Of a stretch of 64,000 nucleotides of DNA, positions 59,388-64,000 are shown piece by piece; the first letter of the stretch is position 1, and every line of letters starts with the position of its first letter. A program made the position numbers and the translations under genes. The stretch lies in NCBI GenBank assembly GCA_016783445.1, contig JADHWO010000004.1, positions 11,212-75,211 on the forward strand, read 5' to 3'. The notes beneath the pieces were generated by a model, which saw only the letters and a program-made list of their open reading frames with translations, was not told where the DNA came from and did not search any database. Source of the stretch: Candidatus Aminicenantes bacterium (GTDB lineage Bacteria; Acidobacteriota; Aminicenantia; Aminicenantales; Aminicenantaceae).

Positions 59388-60515
59388 ATGAAAATTGAGA
59401 TTTTTGAACTGGAAAGGACTCAATCTCAATGGGAAAACAGAGTAAAATACAACCTCACGGAAAGCGGTATTCATCCCTACTCTCTCAATGAAATTCTCGA
59501 CAAGGAAGAAATAAAAGATCTGATTTCCCTGCGGCTTGGCTACGGTCAAACAAATGGCTCTATAGAGCTGAGAGAAGCAATCAGCCGCCTCTATCCGGGA
59601 ACAGACCTGGATAATGTTCTCGTGACAAACGGCTCTGCAGAAGCAAACTTTATAACCATCTGGACTAATCTTGAGCCAGGCGATGAGCTTATTTTAATGC
59701 TCCCGAATTACATGCAAATCTGGGGAATTGCCCGTTCTTTTGGCGTTACAGTCAAACCTTTTTATCTCAGAGAAGACCTAAACTGGGGACCAGACCTTGA
59801 CGAACTGAAAAGCTTGATATCACCCCGGACAAAAATGATAGCCGTCTGTAATCCCAATAATCCTACAGGTGCTGTTCTCAGCAAGGAAGAAATGAAGGAA
59901 ATTGTTCACATCGCCATGGAAGCCGGTGCTTGGATCTATTCTGATGAAGTATACTGCGGTGCTGAATTAAATGGAGAAGAAACACCTTCTTTTTTTGGCC
60001 TCTATGATAAAGTGATTGTATGCCATGGACTCTCAAAAGCCTATGCTCTTCCTGGTCTCAGGTTGGGCTGGCTAGTCGGGCCAAAAGAAACTATCGAAAA
60101 AAGCTGGGCTTCACACGACTATACATCTATTGCTTCAGGAATTCTCAGCAATCATGTGGCAGCTTTGGTGCTTCAGCCTGATAGGAGAAAAAAAGTTTTA
60201 AATCGTAACAGAAAAATTCTGAAAAAAAATTTAGTAGAACTTGAAAAATGGATCGATAAACACAAAACTCTCTTTAACCTGATCCCTCCCAAAGCAGGAG
60301 GCATAGCTTTTCCGCGATACAGTTTGGAAATCAATTCCACAGAACTCGCCACTAAACTCATGAAAGAAAAAAGTGTCTTTATCGTGGCTGGGGACTTGTT
60401 CGGAATGGACCACTATTTGCGTATTGGGATTGGCTCGGAAAAGAATTATTTTTTAGCTGGTTTAAGCTTGTTTGACGAGACATTACAGGAAATCAGCGGA
60501 AATTCTTCTGTCTAA
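59388..60515 (+). CDS. Class I/II PLP-dependent aminotransferase
   Basis: 375 aa; fold-type I aminotransferase layout with SKAY (Schiff-base Lys) and conserved N/D/Y/R positions; good SD (AAGGAGAGG). Confidence 0.7.
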   Translation: MKIEIFELERTQSQWENRVKYNLTESGIHPYSLNEILDKEEIKDLISLRLGYGQTNGSIELREAISRLYPGTDLDNVLVTNGSAEANFITIWTNLEPGDELILMLPNYMQIWGIARSFGVTVKPFYLREDLNWGPDLDELKSLISPRTKMIAVCNPNNPTGAVLSKEEMKEIVHIAMEAGAWIYSDEVYCGAELNGEETPSFFGLYDKVIVCHGLSKAYALPGLRLGWLVGPKETIEKSWASHDYTSIASGILSNHVAALVLQPDRRKKVLNRNRKILKKNLVELEKWIDKHKTLFNLIPPKAGGIAFPRYSLEINSTELATKLMKEKSVFIVAGDLFGMDHYLRIGIGSEKNYFLAGLSLFDETLQEISGNSSV

Positions 60516-60558
60516 CTCAATGGGCTCATACAAAAATGGGCTGTCAGTATATCCCCAA

Positions 60559-62373
60559 TTAATCCACAGTAAGTGTCTTGCTGATATTGCGGGGCTGGTC
60601 AGGATTTATACCTTTTTCCTGGCTTACATAATAGGCAAGTTGCTGGGCAACAACAACCGCAAGGAGAGGAACGATGAAGTAGTTCTGAGAAGGCAAAGGA
60701 ATGAGCTCATCTGAATTGATAGAAAGAGAATCCAAATAAGGTGCAATCGTGCAGATTTTTCCCCAGCGGCAGCTTACTTCATTAATATGGGAAAGCGTCA
60801 TATAGGAGTCCTCAAGAGTGGAGAGAAATAAGACCCAATCGCCCTTCTTTATAATTGCTAGGGGACCATGTTTGAACTCAGAAGAATACATCCCTTCACA
60901 GGGAATATAAGTAATCTCCTTCATTTTTAAAGCTGCTTCCAAACATGCACTATAGCTTACTCCATAACCAAGATAATAGAGATAGTTTTTCTTTGCTAAA
61001 AAGCGGGCAATCTGCCTGCACTTCTCCACAGTCTGGGATAATGTCTTTTTAATGAGAGAAGGAAGGTTTCCAAACTCATCCTCCAGGGCGGTATTTTTCC
61101 CGTCTTTAATCTCCCCCAATTTCATCGATAAATACAGAAAGACAATCACTTGATTTGTGAATGTTTTTGTAGCGGGCACACTGATTTCAATATTAGAGAG
61201 AAGAGGCAAACAATTTTTAATCCTGAGCTGGAGTGAGGAACCAAGAACATTCACTAAAGCAAAAATTTTCTTCGCTTTTTTCTCTTCTAAAAAATTCAAA
61301 ACACTTACAACATCTTTAGTCTCTCCACTTTGAGAAACAAGGATGTAAGCCCCCTGGGAAAGGTCTCCATGGCCTAAAAACTCTTTAAACGCACCGGCAA
61401 TAACAGGGACTGCTTCGATGCCAGCGATTTTATTCAGATAATATGCACCGAGAACACAGGCATTATAAGACGAGCCAGAACCAACAAGATAAATCTTTCT
61501 CTCTCGCTTCAATCCACTATAGAATTCACCCACCTGACCAGAGTCTTTTAAGAAATTGATCAAGGCTTGGGCTTTTTCTGGCTGTTCATAAATCTCCTTG
61601 AGCATAAAATGAGGAAATTTTCCCTTTTGTGCATCTTCAATATTCAGAGTACATTGATAAGGGCTCCTCTTGATCTCCTCTCCTGAAGAGAGTTTTCTGA
61701 TCTGATATGTATCCCAACTGTATTCAACGTACTCGTCGTCATAAATCGAAACGATGGAATCCGTGAATTGAATAATCGACGGCAGATCAGAAGAGCAGCA
61801 GATAAAATCCCTGCCAATTCCAAGATAAAGAGAGGAATATTTCTTGACACAATACATCTTATGGGACTCTTTCCGGGTTGCTACATAGGCATAATCGCCC
61901 TTAAGAATTGTATCTGCTTCCTGGATAGCTGCGTTCATGTCTTTGCTTTGCTTGAATCCCTCCTCAATGACATGGACAATAACTTCACCGTCATTTTCGC
62001 CCTGGAAAACATGGCTTTTTTCCCCGTATTCCTTAATGAGCTCTTTTGTGTTGACAATATTTCCGTTGTGAGCACCTACCATTTCCTTTAAACAATCATA
62101 GTGGGGCTGTGAATTCTCCTTAGAAGGGGGACCAAAAGTTGCCCACCGAAGCTGCACTATTCCTTTGTACCCTTTAAGTTTTTCAAAATTATATTTTTTA
62201 TTGACATCTTCAATTCCCCCAACATCCTTTTTCAACTCAATAGAATCGCTACTGAAAGCCGCCATTCCAACAGAATCATAGCCCCTGTAGGTGAGCTTTC
62301 TTCCAGCTTGAAGAAGAATCTTTCCTAAATCTTCCTTAAAATCCTTAAAAATAATTCCAAATATTCCGCACAT
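60559..62373 (-). CDS. glmS: Glutamine--fructose-6-phosphate aminotransferase (isomerizing)
   Basis: 604 aa; N-terminal MCGIFGI class-II glutaminase nucleophile; two SIS domains (…GSGSSYNA…, …GYGVSYSAC…). Confidence 0.8.
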   Translation of the reverse strand: MCGIFGIIFKDFKEDLGKILLQAGRKLTYRGYDSVGMAAFSSDSIELKKDVGGIEDVNKKYNFEKLKGYKGIVQLRWATFGPPSKENSQPHYDCLKEMVGAHNGNIVNTKELIKEYGEKSHVFQGENDGEVIVHVIEEGFKQSKDMNAAIQEADTILKGDYAYVATRKESHKMYCVKKYSSLYLGIGRDFICCSSDLPSIIQFTDSIVSIYDDEYVEYSWDTYQIRKLSSGEEIKRSPYQCTLNIEDAQKGKFPHFMLKEIYEQPEKAQALINFLKDSGQVGEFYSGLKRERKIYLVGSGSSYNACVLGAYYLNKIAGIEAVPVIAGAFKEFLGHGDLSQGAYILVSQSGETKDVVSVLNFLEEKKAKKIFALVNVLGSSLQLRIKNCLPLLSNIEISVPATKTFTNQVIVFLYLSMKLGEIKDGKNTALEDEFGNLPSLIKKTLSQTVEKCRQIARFLAKKNYLYYLGYGVSYSACLEAALKMKEITYIPCEGMYSSEFKHGPLAIIKKGDWVLFLSTLEDSYMTLSHINEVSCRWGKICTIAPYLDSLSINSDELIPLPSQNYFIVPLLAVVVAQQLAYYVSQEKGINPDQPRNISKTLTVD

Positions 62374-62390
62374 TCTTTTAGAAGCTCACT

Positions 62391-63563
62391 TTATGATTTA
62401 TAAAATGCACTGATGGAAGTAACGACGTAATCTTGCTGCTCCGAAGTTAATTCCGGATAGACAGGTATAGCAAGAACTTCATGAGTCGCTTTTTCCGCAA
62501 CAGGAAAATCTCCTTCCTTGTACCCGAGATAAGAAAAGCATTTCTGAAGATGGAGCGGCAAAGGATAATAAACAGCTGTCCCCACGCCCTTTCCTTTCAA
62601 GAATTCCAACAATTTGTCTCTTTCTTTTGCTCTTAAAACATATTGATGGTAAATATGATAATTCTTAACACCACTATCCTTATACAAAGGCTCTGGAATC
62701 TGAATTTTTCCTTCTTCCACCAATCCTGATTCCTGGAATATCTTGTTGTAATACAAAGCTTTTTCTCTCCTCTTCTGATGCCATGTTTCTAAATATTTGA
62801 GCTTGACTCTGAGGATTGAAGCCTGGAGCGCATCAAGCCGGAAATTACCGCCAAGAATATCATAGAAATATTTATTTCTCGATCCGTGTCCTCTCAACAA
62901 CTTCAGTTTCTGCGCCAATTCTTCCTCGTCAGTGAGAACCATACCCCCATCTCCAAACCCTCCTAGATTTTTCGAAGGGAAAAAGGACAAGATCCCAAGG
63001 TTCCCTAATGTACATGCTTTCTTTATGCCTTCAGGAGTTGGATATTCCGCCCCGACAGCCTGAGCTGAATCTTCAACCACGAACAAATCATATTTTTTTG
63101 CACAATCCATAATTGGAGTCATATCAACACACTGCCCATAAAGATGAACAGGTATCACCGCTTTAATTGCTGAAATCCCCTCTTTCCTGAGCTGAGATTC
63201 AAGAACTCCTTCTAGCTTGGCTGGGTCAATGTTAAAGCTTTTCTTTTCAATATCGCAAAAAACAGGCTTTGCTTTAAGTCTGGCTATTGCACCTACAGTT
63301 GCAAAAAATGTAAATGGGGTTGTAACCACAGCATCCCCTTCTCCCACACCAAGAGCCATTAAAGAGATAATCAGAGCATCAGATCCGGAAGAAACTCCTA
63401 CAGCAAATTCTGCCCCACTGTATGCAGCCATTTCTTTTTCAAACTCCTCAACCTCTGGCCCTAAAATAAACCTCTGCGATGAGACAACTTCTAAAATTTT
63501 CTGATCGATTTCTTCCTGTATACTCAGGTATTGAGCTCTTAAATCTAAAAGTGGAATATTCAT
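62391..63563 (-). CDS. DegT/DnrJ/EryC1/StrS-family sugar aminotransferase
   Basis: Start at MNIPLLDL (AGGTGAAAGGAAAG upstream); DegT-family motifs and Lys-containing active-site region; typical of amino-sugar / O-antigen loci. Confidence 0.8.
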   Translation of the reverse strand: MNIPLLDLRAQYLSIQEEIDQKILEVVSSQRFILGPEVEEFEKEMAAYSGAEFAVGVSSGSDALIISLMALGVGEGDAVVTTPFTFFATVGAIARLKAKPVFCDIEKKSFNIDPAKLEGVLESQLRKEGISAIKAVIPVHLYGQCVDMTPIMDCAKKYDLFVVEDSAQAVGAEYPTPEGIKKACTLGNLGILSFFPSKNLGGFGDGGMVLTDEEELAQKLKLLRGHGSRNKYFYDILGGNFRLDALQASILRVKLKYLETWHQKRREKALYYNKIFQESGLVEEGKIQIPEPLYKDSGVKNYHIYHQYVLRAKERDKLLEFLKGKGVGTAVYYPLPLHLQKCFSYLGYKEGDFPVAEKATHEVLAIPVYPELTSEQQDYVVTSISAFYKS

Positions 63564-63635
63564 ATCTTTCCTTTCACCTTTTAATTTTAAATGAGCACTG
63601 TATTTAAATATAATAAAATTGTCAACACACAACTC

Positions 63636-64000
63636 TTATTTATAAACCTTCTTTAATTTTTCCTTCTCGATTATTAATTGGCCTTGATAAGTTACATAAT
63701 TCAGTAAAATAAGAACTCTTTCCTTTGCAGTGAGTTCTTTCTTAAATATTCCCCTTAATCCCTTCAATGGCCCTTTCACAACTTCAATCTCATCTCCAAC
63801 CTCAGGCTCCTCCCCGTATTTATCAATCTCAATGAGACCGTTTACTTCTCTGGATTTAATCTCAAGGATAATATCTTCCAGAATTGGCGTAGGAAGGATC
63901 TTGCTTCCGACCACTCTTTTTACCCCTCTTGTGTATCTCACAAGCTGGTATTGGGCTGGAAAATCAAAGTAGATGAATTCATAGCCTGGGAAGAAAGGTC
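63636..64000 (-). CDS. NusG/UpxY-family transcription antiterminator (KOW domain present; NGN domain continues past the window end)
   Basis: Minus-strand frame is open to position 64000 (...PFFPGYEFIYFD...). Listed ORF starts at an internal GTG. KOW-like GDEIEVVKGPLKGLRGIFKK; the FPGY motif is typical of the NusG N-domain. Confidence 0.6.
   Translation of the reverse strand, partial: PFFPGYEFIYFDFPAQYQLVRYTRGVKRVVGSKILPTPILEDIILEIKSREVNGLIEIDKYGEEPEVGDEIEVVKGPLKGLRGIFKKELTAKERVLILLNYVTYQGQLIIEKEKLKKVYK

Overview
The window is a 64 kb chromosomal segment of an AT-rich bacterium that I could not place taxonomically. It is gene-dense on both strands and has no rRNA, tRNA or CRISPR that I could recognise.

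- **Housekeeping block (1-21.6 kb).** rimO (5' partial), pgpA, cinA, thpR, plsY, gpsA and a TPR lipoprotein on the plus strand. ahcY and metK follow on the minus strand. Then two degenerate M16 peptidase paralogs, ftcD, a P-loop NTPase, a macro-domain protein, a secreted glycosidase with galK, and pepD.

- **Proposed regulon (21.8-34.4 kb, minus strand), the most notable region.** A multi-TM sensor histidine kinase and an OmpR/PhoB-family response regulator sit upstream of three consecutive transcription units. Each unit starts with the same ~45 bp motif and is closed by a hairpin terminator. The motif has four TTAACA/TTGACA half-sites at 11 bp phasing, and the last half-site doubles as a -35 box. 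The three units encode:
  - a UbiA-family prenyltransferase
  - a DAGK_cat/YegS-like lipid kinase
  - a ThiL/PurM-like ATP enzyme
  - two SDRs
  - a B12-binding radical SAM enzyme
  - a small membrane protein
  - an outer-membrane beta-barrel

  This looks like an uncharacterised, two-component-controlled prenyl-lipid or envelope-modification system.

- **MITE-like foldback element.** Three copies of a previously unannotated ~0.4-0.54 kb non-coding element are present. It has 23 bp terminal inverted repeats and large internal palindromes. Two copies have clean 8 bp target-site duplications. One copy is upstream of metK, and two bracket an XRE-HTH/ImmA-peptidase fusion regulator.

- **Peptide and amino-acid module.** Two secreted tricorn-protease homologs flank an APC permease fused to tandem UspA domains, an FAD D-amino-acid-oxidase-like enzyme, an ornithine cyclodeaminase (OCD) homolog and a signal-peptide-bearing RidA.

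- **Cyclic-amide catabolic island.** hyuA, hyuB, an NRAMP-like transporter, an EutA/EutB/EutC-like triad and an aminotransferase.

- **Window end.** A polysaccharide-type locus on the minus strand: glmS, a DegT aminotransferase and a UpxY/NusG-like antiterminator that runs off the window.
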